A DNA stretch of 63,973 nt, filler included, from Octopus bimaculoides (lineage: Eukaryota): assembly GCF_001194135.2 (NCBI RefSeq). It is 5 parts of 5 records of this genome, joined end to end, with 100 filler letters (N's around TTAATTAATTAA, not from the genome) between each part and the next. Parts side by side here need not be neighbours in the genome. Positions count along the whole stretch, not along the records: positions 1 to 22,945 come from NC_068982.1; 4 more parts are not named here. One strand, given 5' to 3'. This document shows positions 1-12,525 of the stretch, one piece after another; position 1 is the first letter of the stretch; every line of letters starts with the position of its first letter. The notes under the pieces were generated by a model, which was not told the origin of the DNA, made no database searches, and saw only the letters and a list, made by a program, of their open reading frames with translations. Both the position numbers and the translations under genes were made by a program.

Positions 1-40
1 TATAACATGCGTTTTCTCCAATCCTTAAATTCTTAAATAT

Positions 41-77
<37 letters not shown>

Positions 78-81
78 TGTG

Positions 82-126
<45 letters not shown>

Positions 127-1136
127 AGGGCAAAAATATTACAGATGGCTGACAAAAAGAAAAATGATTAAGCTACGAAATACAATACTTGAACATTCAT
201 ATGATTCTAATAGAAATGTTTAGTTTGCAATGTAAGATGAACTGAACACCAATAGCTATGGATGCACCATCATAAAGTTTTTATCAAAGATTTTTTCGTA
301 TCGGATTTACGAATTTCTAAGTACCTAAGAAATATGGATATACAATCACAGTTCTGTCAATAGAGATATTTTATTACCTCTCAATGCAAGCCTTTCTCGA
401 TAGATTGTATGAACGGTTAAATCGCTAACATTACGAGACTACTACCTTAGTCAATTGATGTGTGAATGATATAAAGGCACTGTTGATCACTGCAGGACTT
501 TAGGGTTGAAATTCAAAATTTACAAAGTCCTAACTGTATACCATGATGCATAGTATTCGAAATTATAACTAATCAACCAATTAACCTCCTACTGAATGAA
601 GAAGCATATTAAAATGATAAACATAATTGCAAATTCAAAACTATAAATTCATTGATGAAGTTCACTATGTTGATAACGCAGATAAAAATATAGCCCGCTG
701 GGTAAGTTCTTAATTATATGTCTGACAACAGATTCTATCTCTCTACTTGTAGTTTGACTAAACTTCAAGTAATCATTTACACATTTCAATTATCCTTAAG
801 TTTAGCGGCGACTACACGCACATTCATATTTCGATGTCCCTATTTATGTGAAGCAACTTTGAGAGACTTACTCTGTTATAGGTCAAACATTTTCCTACAT
901 TAAAGATCTTGCTTTACTCTAGTGACAAAGAAATGATGATGATATCGTACTTTTAGATGAATATTAATTAATCACACTAATGCTTGATTAAAACACCTTG
1001 AAGGCTTAAGGTTGTCATATTACACAGGATCTGAAATATAACAAGTTTTCAATACCGTGTCAGTAAATTCTATCTTACCTTTGGTTCCTATGGTTTTCCA
1101 CCCGTATTGTCTCCATTCAAACTATAATGTGTATAC

Positions 1137-1178
<42 letters not shown>

Positions 1179-1857
1179 NNNNNNNNNNNNNNNNNNNNNN
1201 NNNNNNNNNNNNNNNNNNNNNNNNNNNNNNNNNNNNNNNNNNNNNNNNNNNNNNNNNNNNNNNNNNNNNNNNNNNNNNNNNNNNNNNNNNNNNNNNNNNN
1301 NNNNNNNNNNNNNNNNNNNNNNNNNNNNNNNNNNNNNNNNNNNNNNNNNNNNNNNNNNNNNNNNNNNNNNNNNNNNNNNNNNNNNNNNNNNNNNNNNNNN
1401 NNNNNNNNNNNNNNNNNNNNNNNNNNNNNNNNNNNNNNNNNNNNNNNNNNNNNNNNNNNNNNNNNNNNNNNNNNNNNNNNNNNNNNNNNNNNNNNNNNNN
1501 NNNNNNNNNNNNNNNNNNNNNNNNNNNNNNNNNNNNNNNNNNNNNNNNNNNNNNNNNNNNNNNNNNNNNNNNNNNNNNNNNNNNNNNNNNNNNNNNNNNN
1601 NNNNNNNNNNNNNNNNNNNNNNNNNNNNNNNNNNNNNNNNNNNNNNNNNNNNNNNNNNNNNNNNNNNNNNNNNNNNNNNNNNNNNNNNNNNNNNNNNNNN
1701 NNNNNNNNNNNNNNNNNNNNNNNNNNNNNNNNNNNNNNNNNNNNNNNNNNNNNNNNNNNNNNNNNNNNNNNNNNNNNNNNNNNNNNNNNNNNNNNNNNNN
1801 NNNNNNNNNNNNNNNNNNNNNNNNNNNNNNNNNNNNNNNNNNNNNNNNNNNNNNNNA

Positions 1858-3125
1858 GATTTTCCGAGGCACAAAGTTAAATTTGATTTAGTCTTAAATA
1901 TTTCACCTTGTTGAAAGTGTAACACTGAACCCTCCAAAAGTTGGGGGCAAGTACCACAGTTAGGTCGACAACATTTTTCACTTTTGGTTCTGTTGTTAAT
2001 AAATATAGTCTTGCGCTGGTTAATATTTTTTTCAGTGATTTAGGCTGCATTTTACTTTTGATAATTTTGTGTGAGTCTAAAATTTTGTTTATTGTTTTAT
2101 CTCTTGTGAAGATAGGTAGATTTTGGATGATAACGTTAAAGGCTTCGTTGTTTCTAGGGTTATGCGTGAAGATGTATGGGAGTATTTTTAAGTCTGGCTT
2201 AGTATTTCGGTTGACTTGCCTTAATGTTTTTATGTCTATTTCCTTAGCTCGCTCAATTCCTTCATTTATTAAAGATATTGGATAATGTATTTTGAATAGT
2301 ATTGATCTGAGTTCAAGGAGTCTTTGTTCACGGTTGTAGAAATTCGAAACTATGGTACAGATTCTTTTTGCTAGGTTATAAGGTATATTAATTTTTATGT
2401 GTTTGGGGTGGCATGAGTTGAATAATAGGTATTCTTTAGAATCTGTGGGTTTATACAAGATGTCTGTTTCGATGTGGTTATTGACTATTTTAATTAGGAT
2501 GTCAAGAAAAGGGAGTTGTCTACTGTTGTCTTCCATGTTAAACTGTATGTTGCTATTAATACTGTTAAGCATTATTTTGAAATCGAGGAGTTTGCCCATG
2601 CTGTCTTTCCAAAGTATAAAGCAATCATCCAAATACCTCTTCCAGTTTTCCTTTAAATAGCAGTGAAAAGAGGTGCCATATTTTTGTAATGATGATTGAT
2701 ATATTTTAAGCGCTAGTTAATCTATTACAAGGTTCGCAATCACTGGAGCGGCTCGGGTTCCCATTGCAATTCCACATTTTTGTCGGTAGTAAGCTGTATC
2801 GAACATGAAATAGTTGCTCAATGGGATGAATTTGAGTTCTGCGATTATAAATCTGTGGTTGATGCGACCTGGGATCTCTTGTGGGTATTTTTCTAGCTAG
2901 AAGGTGATCGCTTCTATACTATAATCGTGTGGGATATTGGTGTACAAATTCACCACATCGAATGATACTAACAGGGTTCCTTCACTTATTGTGTTCGGGA
3001 GGTGGTTTAGCATATCTAAGTCATCCCTGATGAAGTTTTTCACATATTTTAGAAACGGTTTGAGTGAGATGTCCAGGGTTTGTTGGACACAGTGTTTGCC
3101 GACTGCTGTTATCGTTAGGCCTAAC
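1858..3125 (-). mobile_element. Penelope-like retroelement (PLE), 5'-truncated, decayed RT plus Cys linker; GIY-YIG domain presumably lies in the adjacent gap
   Basis: One minus frame reads LDISLKPFLKYVKNFIRDDLDML...SFDVVNLYTNIPH...CGIAMGTRAAPVIANL...KRYLDDCFILW (YLDD at 2624-2635)...LPFLDILI...YKPTDSKEYLLFNSCHPKHIKINIPY, with 2 in-frame stops. A frameshift in the A-run near 1975 continues as KCCRPNCGTCPQLLEG, the PLE Cys linker that precedes GIY-YIG. Confidence 0.92.
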
Positions 3126-3304
3126 TCATTGTAAGGTAAATACCATCATGAGTGATATTCAAACTACAGTGGAGAAGGCTAGCCACTGGATTTGGTTAAA
3201 AAGAGACGATGAGCGATGGCAAGAGAAATATTGAGCTTTTTTTAATAAGAAGTTGATCTAGCAAGCGGGGCCCCATATCAGTGAAGTGGGGGCCGGTGCG
3301 CATT

Positions 3305-3342
3305 GATGCTGTCGTGAGGTAGGCCCCGAAACGGCGTGCATT
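3305..3342 (+). ncRNA. Degenerate hammerhead-like motif antisense to and upstream of the PLE ORF (possible inverted pLTR remnant)
   Basis: GATG-CTG(TCG)TGA-GG..CC-GAAA-CGGCGT-G-CATT. The stem I flanks pair (GATG/CATT), but the core has extra bases and G at the cleavage position. Confidence 0.25.
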
Positions 3343-4014
3343 CTCTCCTGATAACCCCATACACTTGCTGGCTTCCGGTATGCGGAGTTCTCGACTGGTA
3401 GCACTTGCATGTGCGAGTTGTTTGTAAGACATCTAGGCACCAGAATTTAGTATGGTATTANNNNNNNNNNNNNNNNNNNNNNNNNNNNNNNNNNNNNNNN
3501 NNNNNNNNNNNNNNNNNNNNNNNNNNNNNNNNNNNNNNNNNNNNNNNNNNNNNNNNNNNNNNNNNNNNNNNNNNNNNNNNNNNNNNNNNNNNNNNNNNNN
3601 NNNNNNNNNNNNNNNNNNNNNNNNNNNNNNNNNNNNNNNNNNNNNNNNNNNNNNNNNNNNNNNNNNNNNNNNNNNNNNNNNNNNNNNNNNNNNNNNNNNN
3701 NNNNNNNNNNNNNNNNNNNNNNNNNNNNNNNNNNNNNNNNNNNNNNNNNNNNNNNNNNNNNNNNNNNNNNNNNNNNNNNNNNNNNNNNNNNNNNNNNNNN
3801 NNNNNNNNNNNNNNNNNNNNNNNNNNNNNNNNNNNNNNNNNNNNNNNNNNNNNNNNNNNNNNNNNNNNNNNNNNNNNNNNNNNNNNNNNNNNNNNNNNNN
3901 NNNNNNNNNNNNNNNNNNNNNNNNNNNNNNNNNNNNNNNNNNNNNNNNNNNNNNNNNNNNNNNNNNNNNNNNNNNNNNNNNNNNNNNNNNNNNNNNNNNN
4001 NNNNNNNNNNNNNN

Positions 4015-4079
<65 letters not shown>

Positions 4080-4084
<5 letters not shown>

Positions 4085-4620
4085 CATGACCATTATGCAT
4101 TTCCACACTTTTCAACCGCTTTCGCTCAAACTTGACACGCTCCGATGGTGGTCATGACTTACTTTTTCCAGACCTCATTCAAACTACGTATAACTGTTCA
4201 GAGAACCAGTTTTGTTACCCATAATTTCCTGGTGTTTCGTACGATTTCCTCTAAATTTGACATGAACATCAATCATGACATAAGAATTGTTTTGTTTGAA
4301 ATCTTCGGCAAGGTTATCTGTGTTAACTGAAAAATACACGAATAACTGCATAACTGACAGTTTTTTGTCAATAACGCCCTCAGTTTCCTATCAATTCGCT
4401 CCGAATTTGGCTCGAACATTACTCATGCTTTAAGAATTGTTTTTCAGCTTATGTTTTTTGTCAAGTCAATCCGCGTTGAATGGGAAACGTCTGTGAATAA
4501 CCGCATAAAATTCGGTTCTTTACTAATGAATTCCGCAGCTCCAAAACCGTTTCGCTCCAAATTTGGCAAGAATATTACCCATGCTTAATTCACTGTTTTG
4601 AAACTAATATTTTGCGAAGA
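4080..4620. repeat. Non-coding interspersed element with imperfect internal repeats (AAATTTG..AA.AT.A.TCATG motif), possibly a non-autonomous Helitron-type element
   Basis: Related motifs near 4128, 4253, 4405 and 4558, e.g. ctccgaatttggctcgaacattactcatgct vs ctccaaatttggcaagaatattacccatgct; follows a (TG)n array. Confidence 0.4.
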
Positions 4621-4764
4621 AGTTTATTCCCATTAAATTTGCAATTCACTGGATAAAACTTATTTTGTTTGCTTACGACTTCTGCGGTTTACTCACACAC
4701 CAAGGATTGTCGGGCAGTTTTACCTCGCTGATTTTAACTATGTACATTTGTGTTTATTTTTAAA

Positions 4765-5195
4765 CACCCACTATTATCGCCTACGGTTATGATGGCCCCT
4801 CGCCACTTCAGCACAAATTTACTTTAATTACCTTCCGCTCATGGTGTGATAACACGGAGTGAACTGCGAGTATGACATTTGATATGTAGGCGTGAACACT
4901 ATTAATGTGCACCCCGCCTATTTTGATGTGTACATTAGTGTTTATTTAACCGCCCCTATTATCGCCTACGGCCATAATGACCCCCACTTCAGGCTCTTAT
5001 TTGGCGTGAATGATTGCTTTTACCACGTCCTTAGTGTTTACTTACTTCTACCCACTACCCCCATTATCGCCGACGATCATAAGGCTCCCTTTCCATCATC
5101 ATTTTCTTCAGTGACATTATGTCAATGGTCTGCCAGTATGGGGTGGACTGCGAACATGACTTTTGATCTATGCACGTGAGCACTATTGATTGTCT
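4765..5195. repeat. Degenerate tandem duplications
   Basis: Three copies of attatcgcc(t/g)acg (near 4773, 4958, 5064) and two copies of actgcga.yatgac.tttgat...gtga.cactatt (near 4863, 5146). Confidence 0.55.
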
Positions 5196-5354
5196 TACTG
5201 AAATGAGCCCGTCCGATTAACTTGTTGATTTAATATTATGTTAAGCTCGTCCTAAAAAAAACCCCGAGTTGTTACAGAGCAACTTTGAACATGTAAATTT
5301 TAAAATGCCATTGAATTTTTAACCGTTTTACTCTTTTAATATTTTGGGCTCCAG

Positions 5355-7260
5355 TGTTATAACTATGCCGGCGCAAGGCTAATGCAGTTGGTGTCGTCTC
5401 TACAGTACTTAAAGTTTGGTGAGTGAATGAGATTGATATTGCTGCACCCTGTTGCTCTGGAATTCCTATTTCTGGAATGGTAAATGAAAGATTACCCAGT
5501 ATATGTGGTTGATGATCGAAGATAAAAAAAAAAAATAATAATAAAGCGAACACAATACAAACCGCTCCACACCGAATAAAATGCTATCAACAATCCTAAA
5601 AAGCATGCAAAGCTTTATTATCCAAACCGGTATCGATCGTCTACAGGCGTCAAGAATGATGAATGTGAAACGTATTTGTAGCACTATACAGATGTTTATG
5701 CACTGAGAATATGGAACACACACGCACAGACACAGACACACAAACACACACACACACACACACACATATAAATGTAGATATATAAATTGTATATACTATC
5801 TTAATATGTATGAGTTTGTGTGTGTGTGAGTGTGCATTATGTACGTGTGTGTGTGCGTGAATTCGTATGTTTCTTATGCATTCGAAAACTGAGTTGTCGA
5901 TTTTGACGTATGAGGTATCATAAGATTAATTAATCTTTCGGCTGCCAAATAACCTTTATTTTCATTTACATATTTGTATTATAAAAAATTTAGTATTATA
6001 ATCTTTCTCTGAGTCAACTATCGTGAACGAAATTTTATACCTCTACCACCACCACCACTATCCCGACGATGTTACATTTTCAATATGAGTGTGTATGTGT
6101 CTGTCAGTGTGTGTTTGCGAATTCGTTACGTACGTTAGGCCGATGACTAAGAAGTATATGAGTGTGGGTGTATGTGACGGTGTATGTGTCTGTCAGTATG
6201 AATACAATTTTGTGACGACTGACACACACACACACGTACACATATGCACACATCTCAAGACGGAGACATACACACAGAGGGACACAGATAGGCCTGAGTT
6301 GTGCGTGAATATATGTCTGTGTGCGGCTGACTTAGCATATGTATGTGATTGTATCGACCAACAGTGAAATGGCCTATTTTGAAAGAGCTTAATTTAGTTG
6401 TGGCCTGGGCGTTGAACGAACAATAGCGTTCACTTTACGGTTTAAACAGCATTAATGACTATCACTACTTATGTGCTGAAATATTATTCTGGTTTTTATA
6501 AGCAACATGAAAATTCGGCTGATTTGACAGCACTCACAACATTCGGAGATATATCTGAAAAAGGAAATGTTATTCTGGCTATTAAAATAAATTCGAAACT
6601 TGGTGAAGTAGAAAGCCTCAGCTGCACTTTCAATATAATTGCAGAAATGTTATACCAGTCCTTATAAACAGTTTGCAGATAATGCCTTTTTAACAGTCTT
6701 AGCGTCCGTATCGTATTCCTGCTATGCTGGTTTACCAGTGTGAGTATTCAACGCTGCGCAATCTTTTTATTGAGTTCGTGAGCATTTATTTTATAGTCTA
6801 TAGCCTTACGGAGTTAAACAAAATATAGTAAGTGATGTGAAATTAATTTGTCTTGCTACATACATCGTTCAGTAAATGTTTTAAATTAATTAATTTTCAC
6901 AAGAGCGACATATGCCTTTGTAACCACTTTGTTCAGCGTTTATTTAGAAATTGTAAAATAATTAATCATTTTTGTATGAAAATTTGAATTATGCCTTCTG
7001 AATTTTTTTGGCGTTTGAGTTTCTTCAACGTAACATTCAATCCTCAATTTTATAACATTTAGTACATGTTCCAAATAAATGATGACTTTTTGTACTTTGT
7101 TACATTGGTGGCGCATGGTAATTTCTGCTGAATTGGTGACTTCCGACGATGGAATATTACTTTTGGAAATATTACCTCCAAAATTCTTTTACAGTATAAC
7201 CATGTTAGAGAAAGTGTCTTGCACCTATATTGATTACATTTTGTTTCGCGTGAATTTCGT
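5355..7260 (+). pseudogene. Candidate spliced gene relic of three exon-like blocks (5355-5418, 6450-6739, 7063-7260), product unknown
   Basis: Each block has an AG acceptor and a GTGAGT donor, and the phases join (1 then 0). The joined frame of about 183 codons has 4 stops and includes track ORF 6455-6667. No recognisable homology. Confidence 0.28.
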
Positions 7261-7439
7261 GTGAGTATGTTTTGTTGTTTTCAATATTACCAATTCTATG
7301 AGTGTCTATGTGTCTGTGAGTGCATGTGTGTGTGTATGAGCGTGTTTGTGTGTATGTGTGTGTTTCCACCTTCGTTATGTCTATAGTAAACTAGAGTAAA
7401 GGACATTTACGCCCGTTTAATGAGCACATATCTAATGAA

Positions 7440-8670
7440 GTAGCCAGTCTTATGTTACGTGATCCTCATGAAAATCCTGATTTTCTCATTCGTGCTCGAG
7501 ATAACAACCTTAAATGTGTTTCAGAGCCCATCCCTCTTATGATGCTCTCCAATATCCTCTTATTTTTTTGGAATGGACAAGAAGGGCATCATTTCGATAT
7601 TCCGCAGATTGAACCTGCAACAGGAGAGCCAATTACAAACAAAAAGGTGTCATCAAATGACTTCTATTCTTACCAACTGATGTTAAGACAAGAACAATCA
7701 AATCAATTACACATTATTGTGATCTGTTTCAGCAATACCCGGTTGATATGTATGCTAAAGTTGAGAGTCAGCGTCTCCTCTACATTCGTAAAATAAAAAA
7801 GTTAAGGGCTAAAAATTATGTTCATGTCCAAAATGCTCTGAGGACCGATGGTGATATTCAAAACAAGGGGCAAATTATAATCCTTCCATCATCATTCACA
7901 GGTGGTCCTCGATATATGCACCAACGAACACAAGATGCTATATCATATGCCAGGACATACGGAAAACCAGATATTTTGTCACTTTCACCTACATTCCTGG
8001 ATGAGAGAAAATAAAATCTAACCTTCTTCCAATGTTGCAGCTACCCTCCTCAATGGGGAGCAGCTCATTACATTTTCAATCTCCCTCTAAACCTTGCAAG
8101 GAAAGAATCTCAAATGTGCAACATTTCCTAAAACGCTGCAATGGCAACAGTTCTCAAAAAACATGCCTCATTGTTTGGGATGCCTGTATTGTTACATTAT
8201 AGTGCTCGACAGGTACTTGACCATATCCTCCAAGACATAAAAGCAATATCAGGCTCATGGGATTAGTAACAGTTCTTCTTGCAGAGGATTTTCGTCAAAC
8301 GTTGCCAGTTATCCCCAAAGGATCAAAAGCTGATGAGGTCAATGCATGCTTAAAAAGTCGTGCCTTTGGAGACGTGAAAAAACTTCATCTGGTAAGGAAC
8401 AACTGAGTACATCTACAAGGTGATGATACGAGCTTCTTACGATTGATAATGATTGATCATACGAGCTTCTTACGATTGATATTAACGTTCAACTCAAGAC
8501 TTCAGGTATATGAAATAACATACGGTCAAATAATACTTTCTCGTAGGGATCTTATGGATAAAGTATTTTCTAATTTATCTGTCAACTACAACGATGTAAA
8601 ATAAGCTATACTAGCTCCAACTAATGAAATGGCTGATAAACTCAATCATGAACTTCTTCAAACGTTTTGT
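7440..8670 (+). mobile_element. Helitron Rep/PIF1-helicase remnant with large internal deletion
   Basis: Rep region: KVSSNDFYSYQLMLR...DMYAKVESQRLLYIR...IILPSSFTGGPRYMHQRTQDAISYARTYGKPD. From about 8030, helicase motifs: SNVAATLLNG, LIVWDA, LLAEDFRQTLPVIPKGSKADEVNACLK, AILAPTNE. Multiple frameshifts and stops. Confidence 0.92.
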
Positions 8671-8792
8671 ATTTGGTTTACAAGATTCTTTATGTAAATT
8701 CGTGTGCTGAACCATATTTTATTGCGTCTGGGAAGAGTCATCCTCTTTTAGTGTCTTATTATAATAAGGCACTAAAATAGAATGACTATTCC

Positions 8793-8869
<77 letters not shown>

Positions 8870-8977
8870 NNNNNNNNNNNNNNNNNNNNNNNNNNNNNNN
8901 NNNNNNNNNNNNNNNNNNNNNNNNNNNNNNNNNNNNNNNNNNNNNNNNNNNNNNNNNNNNNNNNNNNNNNNNNNNNN

Positions 8978-9044
<67 letters not shown>

Positions 9045-9052
9045 CTTTCACT

Positions 9053-9254
9053 CTTTTACTTGTTTCAGTCATTTTTGACAGCGGCCATGCTGAAGCACCG
9101 CCTTTAGTCGAGCAAATCAACCCGAGGACTTATTCTTTGTAAGCCTAGTACTTATTCTATCGGTCTCTTTTTGCCGAACCGCTAAGTTACGGGGATGTAA
9201 ACACACCAGCATCGGTTGTCAAGCGATGGTGGGGGGACAAACACAGACACACAA

Positions 9255-9274
<20 letters not shown>
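9053..9274 (-). mobile_element. SINE family A, 3' half
   Basis: Homologous to 39359-39610, 56393-56610 and 35305-35690 (…ccatcgcttgacaaccgatgctggtgtgtttac…gccgcagtcaaatgactgaaac). Confidence 0.85.
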
Positions 9275-9313
<39 letters not shown>

Positions 9314-9834
9314 GAAATAAAGAAAGAGAGAGGGATAGATAGATAGGTAGAGAGGTAGATATACAGAGAAATATACGTATGTGTGCGTATACATATATGT
9401 GTAAAAATGAATATATATGTATTTATAAATATATATGTATATATGGATATGTATGCATATCTATACGTATATACATACATATATATTATGCATTACACAG
9501 GTGTGTTAGAATGCGTGAAATAAAAAGCATATTTCTTTTTTCTTAATTTTCATTTTGTTTCTTCATTTTCCCCCAGTATGTTATTTTTCTCCCCCACACT
9601 GCCCTTCCACAGAAATCCTATACATAAATGATCAAATTCCATCATTGTATTTTTATTTTCAGTCACAACTTGCCATAAGCCTATTATACTTACTACTACC
9701 GCTTATAAATTTGTTTTCAAATACATGGTACATATTCTATCGGACTTTGCGAAAATCGCTAAGTTACAGGTACCAATACACACCAACACCAGTGGTGTGG
9801 GAAAACACAGACATACACAATCACACACACATAT

Positions 9835-9917
<83 letters not shown>

Positions 9918-9920
<3 letters not shown>

Positions 9921-10066
9921 GGCTTCCTTCTGTTTCCGTCTACCAAATACTTTTACAAGGCTTTGGTCGGCCTGAGGTTATAGTACAAGACTCTCACCAC
10001 TCTCAGTGGGACTGAACGTAGAACAATGTAGTTTGAAAGGATACTTTTTACCATAGATCCATGCCT
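9918..10066 (-). mobile_element. SINE family A, 5' half (tRNA-like head)
   Basis: Reverse complement contains gttcagtcccactgagagtg…ggccgaccaaagccttgt, matching the head of the copy at 35305-35440. Confidence 0.7.
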
Positions 10067-10158
10067 AAGCCTCTCTTTCTTTTTCTGTTTTCTCTTTCTC
10101 TGTCTGTCTCTCGCTGTCTGTCTCTCTCTCGCTGTGTGTCTGACTCTCTCTCACTCCG

Positions 10159-10189
<31 letters not shown>

Positions 10190-10192
10190 TAT

Positions 10193-10568
10193 GGCACTCC
10201 GTCGGTTACGACGACGAGGGTTCCAGTTCATCCGATCAACGGAATAGCCTGCTCGTCAAATTAACGTGCGAGTGGCTGAGCACTCCACAGACACGTGTAC
10301 CCTTCACTTAGTTTTCGGGGAGATACAGCGTGACACAGAGTGTAACAAGGCTGACCCTTTGAAATACAGGTACAACAGAAACAGGAGGAAATAATGAAAG
10401 ACAGTTGTGGAAGACTACAGCAGGGTTCGCGCCCATCCCGTGCCGAAGTATCGTGATGTTTTAGGTAGTTTCGCTCAATAAATACTCACAACGCTCGGTC
10501 TCAGAATCGATACTGCGATCCTACGACCACGAGTCCGCTGCCCTGACCACATGGTCATTGCACGTCCC
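10193..10568 (-). mobile_element. SINE family B, full length, tRNA-derived head
   Basis: Reverse complement starts gggacgtgcaatgaccatgtggtcagggcagcggactcgtggtcgtaggatcgcagtatcgattc (A/B-box-like); body matches 25708, 51751 and 63632. Confidence 0.88.
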
Positions 10569-10569
10569 C

Positions 10570-10641
<72 letters not shown>

Positions 10642-10741
10642 TTCTCTCTCTCCGTCTATATATAACGCCCATTATTATGATTGACCGTTGACTAAACACT
10701 ATTCAATTTTTTTTCTCCGTGTTTTTCTCCTTGTTTTCTCC

Positions 10742-10783
10742 GTATTCTTTCTGTTGAAGAGCGTAGCTCGAAACGTCAAATAC
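10742..10783 (+). ncRNA. Minimal hammerhead-like motif (variant core CUGUUGA)
   Basis: ttt-CTGTTGA-A-GAGC-gta-GCTC-GAAACGTC-aaa. Stem II GAGC/GCTC, palindromic ACGT stem III, GUC triplet at 10775-10777; A6 is replaced by U. Confidence 0.45.
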
Positions 10784-10870
10784 TTTCCGTATTCCCGAGC
10801 ATCATACTAATATATACTTTTGTTATTTACACCACCTGTCCTCGTCTGTTGTTATTATTTGTATATTCTC

Positions 10871-10905
<35 letters not shown>

Positions 10906-10910
<5 letters not shown>

Positions 10911-12486
10911 GGGGAAATTAAATATTCGTACATGTCAACATTCTCTATTTATTTAATTTCAAATGAACATAAACGGGATATACCAATAATATATTTGCAT
11001 ACACATGCATAAACTAAGAATATACAAAAGAAATTAATAAATTGTAGTAACTAATGAATGTATATACAATTATAAATATTTAGGGGTGAAAAAAGTATTC
11101 GTACAGAACATAAATAACCGATAATTCTGATTTAATACTTCGTAGCATAACCATTATTCAGTTCCACTTCAACCAATCTCTTCTTGTAGTTCTTAATCAA
11201 TGACTCGCATGTTTCTTCAGGAATTTTTTCCCATTCTTCTTGACAAATTTTCTTTAAATCTGGATGCACGTTGGGGTTCTTGAATGAATTTTGATTTTCA
11301 AATAACGCCACAAATCCTCAATTGGGTTCAAGTCAGGTGACTGGCTTGGACATTCTAATAATTTTATATTGTGATTGACAATCCATTTTTAGTAAACTTC
11401 GCCTTGGGCCTAGGGTCGTTATCCTGTTGTAAAACCCACCCATAAATTATTGTTTAAAATATTTTGGTACATCTCTGCATTCATTCATTCTACCATGTAT
11501 CACATGTAAATAGCCAGTGCCATTTGCAGAGAAACACCCCACACCATGATGTTGCCACCTGCAAACTTTACAGTAGGAATTGTGGTTTTCGGCGAATAGG
11601 CGGTACCATCTTTCCTCCAAACATGGCTACGCGAATTTCGTCCAAACAATTCAATTTTCGACTCGTCTGTCCATAGAACATTTTCCCATAATGCATCAGA
11701 TTTATCTTTATATTCATAAACAAATTTTAAACGGGCATCTCTATGCCTCTTAGTCAACAGTGGAGTTTGTCTAGGAGAGCGTGACTTCAGTTCATTCCTA
11801 TGAAGTTCATTGCTGATTGTTCGTAGTGTAACACTAGTCCCTGAAGCTAACAAATCTTCTTGCAACTCCTTTCTGGTGATCTTTGCGTTTCTTTTCGATT
11901 GTTCGCTTCATTTTTCTTAAAGATCGAGGGGATATCTTGCGTGGTACACTGGATCTTATTCTGTTTTCAACAGTTCCAGATTTTTTATATCTTTGAATAA
12001 ATAAAGATATGGTAGAAAATGGAATACAAAGGGTCTCTGATATTTTCCTGTGACTTTTACCTGCTTTCCACTTCAATAATTAAGTTTTTCACTGAATTTG
12101 TGAGTTCTTTACTTTTCGCCATTATTACGATACTACTTTATGTTGTCTCAGTGCTGAATGAAGAAAATAGCGTTTTGACACTTAAAAACGACCACTGATA
12201 AGATTATTGGAACGAACGAGAAAGTTCTAGTAAAAAATAAATTATTTTATCAGTATTTTGTGGCATAGAAAGTCATAAATTTCTTCTGTACGAATACTTT
12301 TTTCACCCCTAACTATTTAAAATTGTATATAAATTCATTAGTTACTATAATTTATTAGTTTCTTTTCCATATTCTTAGTTTATGCATGTATATGCAAATA
12401 TAGAATTGGTATATCCCATTTATGTTCATTAGAAATTAAATAAATAAAGAATTTTGGCATGTACGAATATTTATTTTCCCCCACTG
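10906..12486 (-). mobile_element. Tc1-family DNA transposon (DD34E), near full length, decayed transposase, about 200-bp IR/DR terminal repeats
   Basis: TIRs at 10906-11106 and 12285-12486, each with outer and inner direct repeats (…aa(a/g)tattcgtaca); TA flanks. ATG at 12122 (MAKSKELT), HTH region, WTDESKIELFG, QQDND and SPDLNPIE motifs split by frameshifts and a deletion. Confidence 0.95.
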
Positions 12487-12489
12487 TAC

Positions 12490-12525
<36 letters not shown>

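Noticed and set aside
630-705. NYKFIDEVHYVDN followed by a GTAAGT donor, resembling a DExH helicase Walker B motif
   Set aside because: A stop lies a few codons upstream, there is no acceptor and there are no other helicase motifs; likely chance.
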